From an uncultured Desulfocucumis sp. (GTDB taxonomy: Bacteria; Bacillota; Desulfotomaculia; Desulfotomaculales; Desulfocucumaceae): a stretch of 33,655 bases of DNA. The stretch lies in assembly GCA_965543975.1 (NCBI GenBank), contig CBEULQ010000001.1:1-33655 (forward strand), written 5' to 3'. How positions within the stretch are numbered: position 1 is the stretch's first letter; every line of letters begins with the position of its first letter. Both the position numbers and the translations under genes were made by a program. Under the pieces are notes generated by a model that made no database searches, was not told the DNA's origin, and saw only the letters and a list, made by a program, of their open reading frames with translations. Below are positions 1-9,779 of the stretch, in pieces.

Positions 1-433
1 TAAAGCTGTTAACATGTACACTTACAAAAGCATCGGCTTTATTTTCATTGGCCATATTGACCCGCCTGGAAAGATCCTGCCGTTTCTTGGCCAACAGGCC
101 GCTGGTGCCGGGATCATAAAGCATGGTGTCCGTATCCCTGGTAAGAATCACCGTTGCCCCCGATTGGACAAGGATGTCGGCAAGTTTTTTGGAGACAGCC
201 AGGGTAATATCCTTTTCCACCGCTCCTCCCGAACCAATGGCACCGGGATCAATTCCGCCGTGCCCGGGGTCCACCACCACAGTTTTGTTTACCATGACCC
301 GGGAAAGAGTTTCTATGCTTCTTTTTTCTATTATCCCGGGTACAGTTTCAAATATAACGTAAATAAAAAGGCCAATAAGGCCAGCTGCCAGCAGTACAGC
401 TGCTTTTCTAAATAAACGGCTGCCTTTCAGCAA
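1..433 (-). CDS. cwlD: N-acetylmuramoyl-L-alanine amidase (Amidase_3), CwlD-like, 3'-truncated by the window edge
   Basis: Hand translation: MLKGSRLFRKAAVLLAAGLIGLFIYVIFE...VVVDPGHGGIDPGA...EKDITLAVS...ILTRDTD...DLSRRVNMAN...FVSVHVNSF. N-terminal TM anchor, Amidase_3 Zn motifs DPGHGG, E and SxHxN. SD GGGGGAG at 441-447; TTG start at 433 (436 also possible). Position downstream of rpsI matches cwlD in spore-formers. Confidence 0.85.
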   Translation of the reverse strand, partial: MLKGSRLFRKAAVLLAAGLIGLFIYVIFETVPGIIEKRSIETLSRVMVNKTVVVDPGHGGIDPGAIGSGGAVEKDITLAVSKKLADILVQSGATVILTRDTDTMLYDPGTSGLLAKKRQDLSRRVNMANENKADAFVSVHVNSF

Positions 434-484
434 CAAAATACTCCCCCTTTTTTCAAAAATAACACCCGCCGGCAATCATAGGAG

Positions 485-525
485 AAGGGACAAACCTTAC
501 TAATTTCTAGAAGGAAAGCCTCCTT
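485..525. repeat. Degenerate REP-like inverted repeat (GGGACAnnCCT family) in the cwlD 5' region
   Basis: gggacaaacctt (487-498) ... aaggaaagcctcc (511-523); on the minus strand it folds as AAGGAGGC-UUU-CCUU...AAGG-UUU-GUCCCUU. Confidence 0.4.
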
Positions 526-553
526 TTTTATAGCAATCGACCGGCTGATAATA

Positions 554-582
554 TTATTATGAAAATTCGGAGGAGCATATGA
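554..582 (-). promoter_or_regulatory. Putative sporulation sigma (sigmaE-like, possibly sigmaG) promoter for cwlD
   Basis: Minus strand TCATATG-N14-CATAATAA resembles the sigmaE consensus TCATATT-N14-CATAcanT; cwlD is sigmaE/sigmaG-controlled in B. subtilis. Confidence 0.45.
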
Positions 583-610
583 AAAAAAGGAAGGGGTTTC
601 CTTCCTTTTA
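582..610 (-). terminator. Intrinsic terminator of the rplM-rpsI operon
   Basis: Minus strand AAAAGGAAGG-AAACC-CCTTCCTTTT followed by TTT; overlaps the rpsI TAA stop. Confidence 0.85.
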
Positions 611-1000
611 ACGTTTCGAAAACTGCGGAGCCCTACGGGCTTTTTTGAGTCCGTATTTTCTTCTTTCCTTCATGCGCGGGTCGCGGGTCAGAAAACCAGC
701 CTTTTTCAAAACCGGCCTCAGATTGGGATCAGCCTGTATCAGCGCCCGGGCCAGACCCATACGCACTGCCCCGGCCTGACCGCTAACACCGCCTCCAAGG
801 GCTTTTACATCAATATCAAACCGTCCGGTGGTGCCTGTAAGCTCCAGGGGTTGGCGAACTATCATTTCCAGCACCTTCCGGCCGAAATAAGCTAGAACTT
901 CCTTATTATTCACGTTAATCTTGCCTTCACCTGGATAAATATATACCCTGGCCACTGCATTTTTACGACGGCCAGTACCGTAAAACTTGACCTGAGCCAA
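608..1000 (-). CDS. rpsI: 30S ribosomal protein S9
   Basis: [50 protein letters not shown]; TTG start with SD AGGAGG. Confidence 0.99.
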   Translation of the reverse strand: MAQVKFYGTGRRKNAVARVYIYPGEGKINVNNKEVLAYFGRKVLEMIVRQPLELTGTTGRFDIDVKALGGGVSGQAGAVRMGLARALIQADPNLRPVLKKAGFLTRDPRMKERRKYGLKKARRAPQFSKR

Positions 1001-1053
1001 CTATAGTCCTCCTTTCGTACCATTAAAGGGATGCATATCTTTTAAACACTTGC

Positions 1054-1482
1054 TTACTGGTTCCAGACTTCGGGCTTCTGAGCCTGGTGGGGATGTTCCG
1101 TACCACGGTATACCTTTAATTTTTTTGCCATCGCAGCACCCAGCCTGTTGTGGGGAAGCATTCCGACTATGGCTTTTCTCACCGCCAGCTCTGGTTTAAC
1201 CTTCATTATTATGGCATAACTGGTTCTCTTCAAACCACCGGGATATCCACTGTGGCGAATGTATTCCTTTTGCTGCAGTTTATTCCCGGTAAGTATCGCT
1301 TTGTCGGCATTAATGACAATAACATGATCTCCTGCATCTACGTTGGGCGTATATGTGGGGCGGTGTTTACCCCTTAATATCGTGGCTGCTTCTGAGGCCA
1401 GCCGGCCCAAAACCTTGCCTTCGGCGTCCAGGATATACCACTTACGTTCCAGTTCGCCCGGCTTGGCCATGTATGTTTTCAT
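1054..1482 (-). CDS. rplM: 50S ribosomal protein L13
   Basis: [45 protein letters not shown]. Confidence 0.99.
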   Translation of the reverse strand: MKTYMAKPGELERKWYILDAEGKVLGRLASEAATILRGKHRPTYTPNVDAGDHVIVINADKAILTGNKLQQKEYIRHSGYPGGLKRTSYAIIMKVKPELAVRKAIVGMLPHNRLGAAMAKKLKVYRGTEHPHQAQKPEVWNQ

Positions 1483-1510
1483 TTATTACTCCCTCCTGAA
1501 AGAGCAACGA

Positions 1511-1584
1511 GTTGGGGACATTCCTTCACGTTTTCGTTAACAAAGAAGGTTTTTTATCCAACCCTAGAAGGTGTGTCCCCTAAC
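1511..1584. repeat. REP-like inverted repeat pair (best-preserved copy) in the rplM 5' UTR
   Basis: Left arm gttggggacattccttc (1511-1527), right arm gaaggtgtgtcccctaac (1567-1584); 12 of 14 core positions are complementary. Confidence 0.65.
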
Positions 1585-1597
1585 CTTATTTTCGCAT

Positions 1598-1633
1598 TGC
1601 CAGCTTAGCCGGGGCTCGTGGCCTCGCATGGCA
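1598..1633 (-). ncRNA. L13 leader-like cis-regulatory RNA
   Basis: mRNA UGCCA-UGCGAG-GCC-ACGAGCCCC-GGC-UAAGC-UGGCA: closing stem plus the AGCCCCGG motif I recall from Firmicute rplM leaders; lies directly after the sigmaA promoter. Confidence 0.65.
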
Positions 1634-1642
1634 CATACAGAT

Positions 1643-1671
1643 ATTTTAATACTTTAAATTTCCAGTGTCAA
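1643..1671 (-). promoter_or_regulatory. sigmaA promoter of rplM-rpsI
   Basis: TTGACA (1671-1666) - 17 bp - TAAAAT (1648-1643). Confidence 0.85.
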
Positions 1672-1685
1672 GAAATTTTATATAG

Positions 1686-2429
1686 TCAATACTCCACTTC
1701 CATCAGGCAAAGACCCTGGGGCGGAACGGTTGCCCCCGCCAGTTCCCGCTTTTTGCTGTTTAGGACGGAAATAACGTATTCCGGGTATTGTTTTCCCAGG
1801 CCAACCTCCAGCAGGGTGCCGGTGATAATACGAACCATATTGTATAGAAAGCCGTCTCCCCTGATGGTAATTTCAATAATTTTCCCAAGACGTTCCACAT
1901 TCAGGCTGTAAATTGTGCGTACGGTGCTCTTTACCGGTGTTCCCTCTGCTTTAAATGCTTTGAAATCATGCCTGCCCACCAGCATTGCTGCAGCCTCGGC
2001 CATGGCACCGTCATTAAGTATTCTGGGAACAAAGTGGGTGAATCGCCGAAGCAGCGGATCAGGCAACCGGGAATTATAAATGGAATATTTGTATGTTTTG
2101 GCCAATGCAGAAAAACGGGCATGAAAACCCTCCGGCACATCCTCCGCCGTTATAGCAGCTATATCCTCAGGAAGGCGGCTGTTCATTGCCAGAGGTATTT
2201 TATCCATGGGAATTCTCCATTCCCCGGCGTTAAAATTGACCACCTGGCCCCGGGCGTGGACCCCTGAGTCCGTCCTGCCCGCGCCGATTACCCTGATGAC
2301 TCTGCCGCTTAATTTCAGCAAGCTTTTTTCCAATTCCCCCTGGATGGTGTGCAATCCTGTTCCCCGCTGTTCCTGGAAACCGTGATAACCGGTTCCGTCA
2401 TACGCCACAGTGAGTTTTATGTTCCTCAT
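1686..2429 (-). CDS. truA: tRNA pseudouridine(38-40) synthase
   Basis: [25 protein letters not shown] (catalytic Asp), [24 protein letters not shown]. Confidence 0.98.
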   Translation of the reverse strand: MRNIKLTVAYDGTGYHGFQEQRGTGLHTIQGELEKSLLKLSGRVIRVIGAGRTDSGVHARGQVVNFNAGEWRIPMDKIPLAMNSRLPEDIAAITAEDVPEGFHARFSALAKTYKYSIYNSRLPDPLLRRFTHFVPRILNDGAMAEAAAMLVGRHDFKAFKAEGTPVKSTVRTIYSLNVERLGKIIEITIRGDGFLYNMVRIITGTLLEVGLGKQYPEYVISVLNSKKRELAGATVPPQGLCLMEVEY

Positions 2430-2442
2430 TGCCCACTACCGC

Positions 2443-3240
2443 TCAGTCTGACAGCCTTAAAACCAGAGCCGCCAGCGGGACGGCGCCGGATATGGCCAAA
2501 GCTATATAATCCCTTAGGTGATAGTTCAACAGCTTCATTTTGGTCCTTCCCGCACCCCCGCGGTAGCAGCGGGTTTCCATGGCGGTGGATAGTTCCTCAG
2601 CTCGCCGGAAGGCACCTGCAAAAACCGGAACCATCAGTGCTACCAATGCTGAGAATTTCTTTTCCATGCTCACACCACTAAGCCCAGCCCCCCTGGACTG
2701 CTGTGCCCTGCTGACGGTAAACGCTTCCTGCAGCAGGGTAGGCACGAAACGCAGGGCAATGGTCATCATCATAGCCATTTCGTGAACCGGTATACCAAAA
2801 CGCTGTAATGGACGCCCAAGGTGTTCAATGCCCGCGGTAAGGCTAACCGGCGTGGTGGTCATAGTAAGGAGGCTGCTGATAAGAATGAGCAGCACAAGCC
2901 GAAAAAGCATTTGCCCTCCCAACAACAGCCCTTGTTTTGTGATAGTTAAGGGGCCCACTGTATATATTGTCTCGCCGGGAGTAAAAAATATTTGTAACAC
3001 AAAAGTGATTAATAATATTACCCAAAGTGCCTTAAAGCCGCGCCACAGAAACAGGAAGGGAACCCTGGACAGCAGCAGCGCAAATATAGTCGCTACAGCA
3101 ACAGGTAAGAAACCAGTTCCCTTGGCCAGTGTCACGGCCGCAATGAATAATAGCATGGATAATATTTTTGTTCGGGGATCCAGCCGGTGTACCGGTGAGT
3201 TACCCGGTATGTACTGTCCCACCATCAATCCGTCAAACAC
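2443..3240 (-). CDS. ecfT: ECF transporter transmembrane component T
   Basis: GQYIPGNSPVHRLDPRTK, IALRFVPTL, AQQSRG, AMETRCY; multiple TM segments; GTG start. Confidence 0.96.
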   Translation of the reverse strand: MFDGLMVGQYIPGNSPVHRLDPRTKILSMLLFIAAVTLAKGTGFLPVAVATIFALLLSRVPFLFLWRGFKALWVILLITFVLQIFFTPGETIYTVGPLTITKQGLLLGGQMLFRLVLLILISSLLTMTTTPVSLTAGIEHLGRPLQRFGIPVHEMAMMMTIALRFVPTLLQEAFTVSRAQQSRGAGLSGVSMEKKFSALVALMVPVFAGAFRRAEELSTAMETRCYRGGAGRTKMKLLNYHLRDYIALAISGAVPLAALVLRLSD

Positions 3241-3326
3241 GGTAAACCCTCATATTCAATATATAAAGCAGAGTATATTGATTATCTGCCCGCAAATGCC
3301 GGTATAACAAAAGTCAACTTCCGGAT

Positions 3327-4205
3327 TTAACCTGACAACCTTCTTTGTTGTTTTTTCGATTGCAGGTATTTAATAATCTCTTTTTCCACGTCGGTAGAAT
3401 TCAAAGATTCTGTTTGAACCGGTATTCCGGCAGAATTAAGTCTTAATTTAACTTCAGCTGTAAAAGGTATATCCAGACCGATGGACCGCAACCCCCGGTG
3501 ATCTGCGAAAATCTTCCCCGGTGTCCCCAGGGCAAAGGTCGTTCCCCGGTCCAAAACTATCATTCTGTCCGCAATCTGGGCTATATCGTCCATGTTGTGT
3601 GTTATCAAAACAACCGTTAGGTCTCTTTTTTGCTGCAGATTTTTAATCAATTCCAGTATCTGCCTTTTTCCTGCCGGGTCTATTCCAGCCGTTGGTTCAT
3701 CCAAAACCAGTACACTGGAACCGACAGCAAGTACCGAAGCCAGAGCTACTCTTCTTTTTTGTCCACCACTTAAAGTCCATGGCGAACGTTGCCTAATTGT
3801 TTTTGGTTCCAGCCCCACCCATTCCAGCGACTGGTTAACCCTTTTCTCAATCTCAGCAGATGGCAATCCCATGTTTGAAGGTCCGAAAGATACCTCTTCA
3901 AATACATTCTCTTCAAAAAACTGATACTCCGGATACTGAAAAACCAGACCAACCAGGCGCCACAAATCCCGCCGGTTTTTTTTCTGTCTGGTGTCCTGCC
4001 CGTTAACCAAAACCCTGCCTCCGGTTGGAACCAGCAGGCCGTTTAGCATCATGGCCAGAGTGGACTTGCCTGAACCTGTGGAACCGGCCAAAGCCAGTAT
4101 CTCTCCCCTTTTCACTTCCAGGTTTATATCTTCAAGGGCTTTAACTTCCAGGGGAGTTCCGGGAGAATAGGTGTGGTACACGTTTTCAATCCTTATAATA
4201 GGCAT
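3327..4205 (-). CDS. ecfA2: ECF transporter ATPase EcfA2
   Basis: YSPGTP, Walker A GSTGSGKST, VFQYPEYQ, LSGGQKRR, LDEPTAG; overlaps the end of ecfA1. Confidence 0.95.
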   Translation of the reverse strand: MPIIRIENVYHTYSPGTPLEVKALEDINLEVKRGEILALAGSTGSGKSTLAMMLNGLLVPTGGRVLVNGQDTRQKKNRRDLWRLVGLVFQYPEYQFFEENVFEEVSFGPSNMGLPSAEIEKRVNQSLEWVGLEPKTIRQRSPWTLSGGQKRRVALASVLAVGSSVLVLDEPTAGIDPAGKRQILELIKNLQQKRDLTVVLITHNMDDIAQIADRMIVLDRGTTFALGTPGKIFADHRGLRSIGLDIPFTAEVKLRLNSAGIPVQTESLNSTDVEKEIIKYLQSKKQQRRLSG

Positions 4206-5029
4206 AAAAAATCCACCAATTCATCCAGATTAAGGATATCATCAGGCAAATCCCATCCCGCTTTTTTTAGCCTGGCGGCCATCAGCGCTGCGGGAGTAGG
4301 TTCCAGGCCGGCATCATCCAGCAACTTGGTATCTCTAAATACTTGACGTGGGGAACCGTCGGCTATAATTTGCCCACGGGCCATTACCCAAACCCGGTCA
4401 GACAAAAGTGCCTCCTCCATAAGGTGGGTTATAAAAACCTGTGCCATTCCATGCTCTTTTTTTAAATTCAAAAGCAGGGACAGTACTTCTTTCCTGCCTC
4501 CGGGGTCCAGCATGGCTGTTGGTTCGTCCAACACCAGGCAATCAGGCCTCATAGCCAGCGCGCCGGCAATTGCCAGGCGCTGTTTTTGACCACCTGAAAG
4601 CAAATGTGGAGGTCTGTTTCGCAATTCCGTAAGACCCGTGGCGCTTAAGGCGGCCTCAACCCTTGCGGTGATTTCCTTTGGAGGCAGCCCAAGGTTTTCC
4701 GGGCCGAAGGCAACGTCCTCCTCCACCAGGGCTGCCACCAGCTGATTGTCAGGATTTTGAAAAACCATTCCAACCAGCCTGCGGATTTCCATGGTTTTAT
4801 CCGAATTACTGGTGTCTATTCCGTTTACCAGAACCTCGCCACGGGATGGCAACAACAGGGCGTTCATATGCCTTGCCAGGGTGGATTTACCCGAACCGTT
4901 GGCACCCAATACGGCTATGAATTCGCCCCGTCGTATTTCAGCGTTGATATTGTTTATGGCCGGGCTTTCAGCACCGTCATAAAAATATGAAACACCGGTG
5001 AAGGATATAAAGTTTTGTTCCGTCTTCAC
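4193..5029 (-). CDS. ecfA1: ECF transporter ATPase EcfA1
   Basis: GANGSGKST, VFQNPDNQ, LSGGQKQR, LDEPTAMLDP; GTG start 1 nt after the rplQ stop. Confidence 0.95.
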   Translation of the reverse strand: MKTEQNFISFTGVSYFYDGAESPAINNINAEIRRGEFIAVLGANGSGKSTLARHMNALLLPSRGEVLVNGIDTSNSDKTMEIRRLVGMVFQNPDNQLVAALVEEDVAFGPENLGLPPKEITARVEAALSATGLTELRNRPPHLLSGGQKQRLAIAGALAMRPDCLVLDEPTAMLDPGGRKEVLSLLLNLKKEHGMAQVFITHLMEEALLSDRVWVMARGQIIADGSPRQVFRDTKLLDDAGLEPTPAALMAARLKKAGWDLPDDILNLDELVDFLCLL

Positions 5030-5030
5030 A

Positions 5031-5369
5031 TTATACCAGTTCCAGTATCACCATGGGCGCGGCATCGCCCCGCCTGTGACCGACCTTGATGATTCTGGTA
5101 TAACCTCCCGGCCTGTCGGCATATTTGGGACCTACTTTATCAAAGAGATCACGCACTACTTCTTCGTCATACATATAAGCTAGTGCTTGCCGGCGTGCGG
5201 CCAGATCCCCTTTCTTGGCCAGGGTGACCATTTTCTCGGCAATACTCTTTACTTCTTTGGCACGGGTTTCGGTGGTCTGAATACGCTTTTCCTTGATCAG
5301 CGACGTGACCAGGTTGCGCAGCATTGCCTTGCGATGACCGGTATTCAACCCTAACTTCTGATAGCCCAC
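5031..5369 (-). CDS. rplQ: 50S ribosomal protein L17
   Basis: [39 protein letters not shown]; GTG start. Confidence 0.99.
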   Translation of the reverse strand: MGYQKLGLNTGHRKAMLRNLVTSLIKEKRIQTTETRAKEVKSIAEKMVTLAKKGDLAARRQALAYMYDEEVVRDLFDKVGPKYADRPGGYTRIIKVGHRRGDAAPMVILELV

Positions 5370-5382
5370 CGTTTTTCCCCCC

Positions 5383-6330
5383 TTAATCGTCGTCTTTTCT
5401 TAAAGAAAGTCCCATTTCATTTAGCTTTTGAATTACTTCTTCCAGGGATTTTTTACCCAGGTTGCGGACTTTCATCATATCTTCCTCGTTGCGCTGAATC
5501 AGTTCTTCCACGGTGTTTATGCCGGCCCGTTTCAGACAGTTATAGGAGCGTACAGAAAGATCAAGTTCCTCTATGCTCATTTCCATGATCTTGTCCTTCT
5601 GCTCCTCTTCTTTTTCCACCATTATCTCAACATCGTTAACGGTTTCAGTAAGACCGATAAACAAGCGTAGATGCTCACCCATGATTTTGGCGGAAAGGCT
5701 AACGGCTTCGTCTGGTTTAATACTGCCGTCAGTCCAGACCTCCAGTGTAAGTTTGTCATAGTCGGTACGCTGGCCAACCCGGGTGTTTTCCACCATATAG
5801 TTCACCCTGCGTACCGGGGTATACACGGAATCCACAGGGATCACACCTATAATGTGCTCCCCTTTTTTATTGCGCTCTGAAGATACATAGCCTCTACCTT
5901 TGGAAATGCTCAGTTCCATGAAAAGGCGTCCGTTTGAAGCCAGTGTGGCGATATGCATGTCGGGATTTAGGATCTCAACATCAGCGTCGCCGAGAATGTC
6001 GCCTGCCTTAACCTCTCCCTCGCCTTTGGCTTCAATACGCAGAATTTTTTCCTCATCTGTATACATCTTCAGGCACAGGCCCTTGAGATTTAATATAATG
6101 TCTGTAACATCTTCCTGTACCCCTGGAACAGTGGAAAATTCGTGCAGTACCCCTTCAATCTTCACTGAAGTTACAGCAGCGCCGGGAAGGGAAGACAGCA
6201 GTATTCTCCTGAGAGAATTCCCCAGGGTAATGCCGTATCCCCTTTCCAACGGTTCCACCACAAACTTGGCGTAGGTGTTGTCCTCATTGGTTTCAACACA
6301 CTCTATCTTGGGTTTCTCAATCTCCAACAT
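5383..6330 (-). CDS. rpoA: RNA polymerase alpha subunit
   Basis: [35 protein letters not shown], alpha-[22 protein letters not shown]...NLGKKSLEE. Confidence 0.99.
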   Translation of the reverse strand: MLEIEKPKIECVETNEDNTYAKFVVEPLERGYGITLGNSLRRILLSSLPGAAVTSVKIEGVLHEFSTVPGVQEDVTDIILNLKGLCLKMYTDEEKILRIEAKGEGEVKAGDILGDADVEILNPDMHIATLASNGRLFMELSISKGRGYVSSERNKKGEHIIGVIPVDSVYTPVRRVNYMVENTRVGQRTDYDKLTLEVWTDGSIKPDEAVSLSAKIMGEHLRLFIGLTETVNDVEIMVEKEEEQKDKIMEMSIEELDLSVRSYNCLKRAGINTVEELIQRNEEDMMKVRNLGKKSLEEVIQKLNEMGLSLRKDDD

Positions 6331-6550
6331 TCTAATGGTACCCTCCCAGAATAGTCGTCGGTCCTAAGACGTCAGACATGAGAATCTCGGGGCATTAAGG
6401 CCAGAAACCGCCCCTTATGCACCCCATTTCCATCCCTGGCGCGCCACGTCAAGTTGATTGGGAACGAAGCTGCATAAATGTAGCCATAGATAAAAAGCAT
6501 ACAAATAAGCGCTTTTCGCAGATCCACCGCCATTCTCTGTAAATGAGGGC

Positions 6551-7180
6551 TTACCTTGAATAAAGTTCCACGATCAGGTGTTCTTGCACTGGGACATCTA
6601 TCTGGTCCCTGGCCGGGAGGGCTACCACGCGACCTCTTGCCTGTGCCGGCTCGTATTCAATCCAAGTCGGGGGTGTCCTGTCCGCCGCCCGTTCGATAAG
6701 TTCCTTTACCCGGGGAGATTCTTTACTCTTCTCCCGCACTTCAACAATATCCCCAACCCTCACCAGAAATGAAGGTATATTAACCTTCCGGCCATTAACG
6801 CTGAAATGGCCATGTCTGACCAGTTGCCGGGCTTCTACCCTGGAGGCGCCGAGGCCCAGGCGATACACAACGTTATCCAACCTTCTTTCCAGCAGACGGA
6901 GAAGATTTTCACCGGTTACTCCCTGCTGGCGCTCGGCCTTTTCAAAATACCCCCGGAACTGATTTTCAAGAACACCGTAAATACGGCGGGTTTTCTGTTT
7001 TTCTCTTAATTGAATGCCATACTCGCTGACTTTTTTGCCACGGGCTTGCCCGTGAGCACCGGGTGCGTAGTTTTTACGATCCACGGCGCATTTGCCGGAA
7101 TAGCACCTGTCCCCCTTGAGGTACAGCTTCATGCCCTCCCGGCGGCAGAGCCTGCACTGTGGTCCGGTATATCTGGCCAT
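6551..7180 (-). CDS. rpsD: 30S ribosomal protein S4 (Cys4, zinc-type)
   Basis: [16 protein letters not shown]...[33 protein letters not shown]. Confidence 0.99.
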   Translation of the reverse strand: MARYTGPQCRLCRREGMKLYLKGDRCYSGKCAVDRKNYAPGAHGQARGKKVSEYGIQLREKQKTRRIYGVLENQFRGYFEKAERQQGVTGENLLRLLERRLDNVVYRLGLGASRVEARQLVRHGHFSVNGRKVNIPSFLVRVGDIVEVREKSKESPRVKELIERAADRTPPTWIEYEPAQARGRVVALPARDQIDVPVQEHLIVELYSR

Positions 7181-7203
7181 TAAGCTTTCATTCCTCCTCT
7201 TAT

Positions 7204-7300
7204 TGGGAAATTCCTGCTAATTAAACTTTGCCGGAAGTTATTATATAAATTACTGCAAATCTATGGCAAACTTCCGTAATGCTTTGCAGGTGTGTCCCCA
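7204..7300. repeat. REP-like inverted repeat enclosing a long hairpin in the rpsK-rpsD spacer
   Basis: Left tgggaaattcctgc (7204-7217), right gcaggtgtgtcccca (7286-7300); the 12-mer aggtgtgtcccc is identical to 1569-1580; inner stem cggaagtt/aacttccg. Confidence 0.6.
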
Positions 7301-7305
7301 TTCCT

Positions 7306-7695
<390 letters not shown>

Positions 7696-7804
7696 TCTTT
7701 AACCTCCTTACATCCGGAACAATTTTACAAAGCCTCAAAATTATACTACCCCGGGTACCGCAAGCAACTGTTGATAAATGTGAAAGACAATAAAAATTCA
7801 AATT

Positions 7805-8176
7805 CTATTTCTTGCGGCGCACACCAACGGTCTTCTTGGGACCCTTGCGGGTACGGGCGTTGGTTTTAGTGCGCTGGCCCCGTACGGGCAGACCCCGGCG
7901 ATGCCTTAAACCCCTATAGCAGCCGATTTCAATCAGTCGCTTGATATTAAGGGCTACCTCCCGGCGCAAATCGCCCTCCACTTTATAATTCTTCTCGATT
8001 ACGTCCCTTAACCTGTTGATCTCCTCTTCGGTCAGGTTGCGCATCCTAGTGTCGGGGTTGATACCGGTTTGTTCCAATATCTTTTTCGAAGTGGACCTGC
8101 CAATGCCGAAAATGTATGTCAGGGCTATTTCCACCCGCTTATCCCGGGGCAAATCAGCCCCTGCAATACGTGCCAT
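7805..8176 (-). CDS. rpsM: 30S ribosomal protein S13
   Basis: [49 protein letters not shown]. Confidence 0.99.
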   Translation of the reverse strand: MARIAGADLPRDKRVEIALTYIFGIGRSTSKKILEQTGINPDTRMRNLTEEEINRLRDVIEKNYKVEGDLRREVALNIKRLIEIGCYRGLRHRRGLPVRGQRTKTNARTRKGPKKTVGVRRKK

Positions 8177-8213
8177 GTATCAGATTACACCTCCCGTATC
8201 GGTCTTTTTAAAA

Positions 8214-8327
8214 CTAACCCTGTTTCTGCTTATGTTTGGGATTTTCGCAGATGACCATTACTTTGCCTTCGCGCTTAATTATTTTGCACTTTTCGCATAT
8301 AGGCTTTACCGAAGAACGCACTTTCAC
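8214..8327 (-). CDS. rpmJ: 50S ribosomal protein L36 (zinc-type)
   Basis: Hand translation: [40 protein letters not shown] start, SD AAGGGGGG. Confidence 0.98.
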   Translation of the reverse strand: MKVRSSVKPICEKCKIIKREGKVMVICENPKHKQKQG

Positions 8328-8395
8328 TTTTAAGCCCCCCTTGAGTATAGACACCTGGCTACACTGGCAAACTACCATTTTCTTTATTCAATAGT

Positions 8396-8614
8396 TTATT
8401 TATAACGGTAAACAATTCTGCCACGGGTCAAATCGTAGGGCGACAATTCCACCATTACCCTGTCGCCGGATAAAATGCGGATAAAATTCATACGTATTTT
8501 CCCGGATACATGGGCCAGCACCTTGTGTCCGTTTTGGAGTTCAACCCGAAACATGGCATTCGGCAATGGCTCGATTACGGTACCCTCTACCTCAATAACA
8601 TCCTGCTTTGACAT
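8396..8614 (-). CDS. infA: Translation initiation factor IF-1
   Basis: [26 protein letters not shown]...[15 protein letters not shown] (72 aa); start moved to ATG 8614 after SD AAGGAGG. Confidence 0.99.
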   Translation of the reverse strand: MSKQDVIEVEGTVIEPLPNAMFRVELQNGHKVLAHVSGKIRMNFIRILSGDRVMVELSPYDLTRGRIVYRYK

Positions 8615-8633
8615 TAGTAATAAGCCAACCTCC

Positions 8634-8924
8634 TTACTCGGGTTCTTCACTGTCAGCACTGAGCATCTCTTTAAGCGCCTTCCGGACATCCAGGTCAGTA
8701 ATTTTACGACCGGATTTAAGCTTTTCCGCAAACTCGGCATCGATTTGCGGCATGGGAGTCAGATGTTTGACATTTTTCTTTTTGGGACTTGACACTTTGC
8801 GGTACTCTCCGTCCACTACCCGCACCATATTGTTAACCGTTATTTCCAGAACCAGATAATATTTCCCCCGGTCTCGCCCGGCAACCGATACTACCAATTG
8901 ACCGGGTGAAAATTGTTCATCCAA
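8634..8924 (-). CDS. KOW-domain RNA-binding protein (eL14-like / YbzG-like)
   Basis: [18 protein letters not shown]...[20 protein letters not shown]; usual position between map and infA; TTG 8924 lies 8 nt after SD GGAGG. Confidence 0.88.
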   Translation of the reverse strand: MDEQFSPGQLVVSVAGRDRGKYYLVLEITVNNMVRVVDGEYRKVSSPKKKNVKHLTPMPQIDAEFAEKLKSGRKITDLDVRKALKEMLSADSEEPE

Positions 8925-9019
8925 ACCGGACACCTCCCCGGTGGGGAATTTATCACAATTCGTAAAGTTTGACCTTTTTCCGGTTATAGCATTGAACCGT
9001 TATTTTGTAATTGTCCCGG

Positions 9020-9766
9020 CTACAGCCTGGTCAGTATTTCCGGCTCTTTATCGGTGATGGCAATGGTGTGTTCAAAGTGAGCCGATAATTTCCTGTCCCT
9101 GGTGACAACAGTCCAGTTGTCCAGAAGTGTTGTGACTTCATGAGTGCCCATATTTACCATTGGCTCGATGGCTAATGTCATACCGGCCTTGAGCCTCGGC
9201 CCCCGGCCGGGCCGGCCGAAATTGGGTACCTGCGGCTCTTCATGCATGTTACTGCCGATGCCATGGCCCACATAATCACGTACCACTGAAAAGCCATGGG
9301 CTTCTACGTGCTTTTGAATAGCATGGGAGATATCAGAAAGCCTGTTGCCGTCCCGGGCTTCTTCAATACCTTTAAACAGCGAGCTTTCTGTTACAGCCAG
9401 CAATCTGGCCGCCTCGGAGCTGATCTCACCCACCGGCAGTGTTACAGCACTATCGCCAAAATATCCATTTATTTCCGACCCTATGTCAATACTAATAATA
9501 TCACCATTTTCCAGAACCCTTAAACCGGGAATCCCATGAACCACCTGCTCATTGGGTGATACACAAATTGTGGCCGGAAAACCATACAAACCTTTAAAAG
9601 CTGGCCTGGCACCTTGGGCAATAATAAACTCTTCCGCCAGGCGATCCAGTTCGGCAGTGGTAACTCCGGGCTTAACTGCTTTGGCCAATTCTCTGTGAGC
9701 CCCGGCCACCACCCTGCCGGCATCCCGCATATAGGCCAGTTCCTTCTCGGATTTCAAGGTAATCAT
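9020..9766 (-). CDS. map: Methionine aminopeptidase type I
   Basis: MITLKS..., [42 protein letters not shown]; start moved to ATG 9766. Confidence 0.98.
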   Translation of the reverse strand: MITLKSEKELAYMRDAGRVVAGAHRELAKAVKPGVTTAELDRLAEEFIIAQGARPAFKGLYGFPATICVSPNEQVVHGIPGLRVLENGDIISIDIGSEINGYFGDSAVTLPVGEISSEAARLLAVTESSLFKGIEEARDGNRLSDISHAIQKHVEAHGFSVVRDYVGHGIGSNMHEEPQVPNFGRPGRGPRLKAGMTLAIEPMVNMGTHEVTTLLDNWTVVTRDRKLSAHFEHTIAITDKEPEILTRL

Positions 9767-9779
9767 GAGCACTACCTGC

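Noticed and set aside
14-415. 133-aa plus-strand ORF at the window start
   Set aside because: It is the antisense shadow of the cwlD amidase, which the track missed because its stop lies outside the window.
3289-3317. TTGACT upstream of ecfT as an internal promoter
   Set aside because: No -10 element at 16-18 bp spacing.
2443-5029. ECF module without a substrate-binding S component
   Set aside because: Normal group II shared ECF module at its usual Firmicute position between rplQ and truA.
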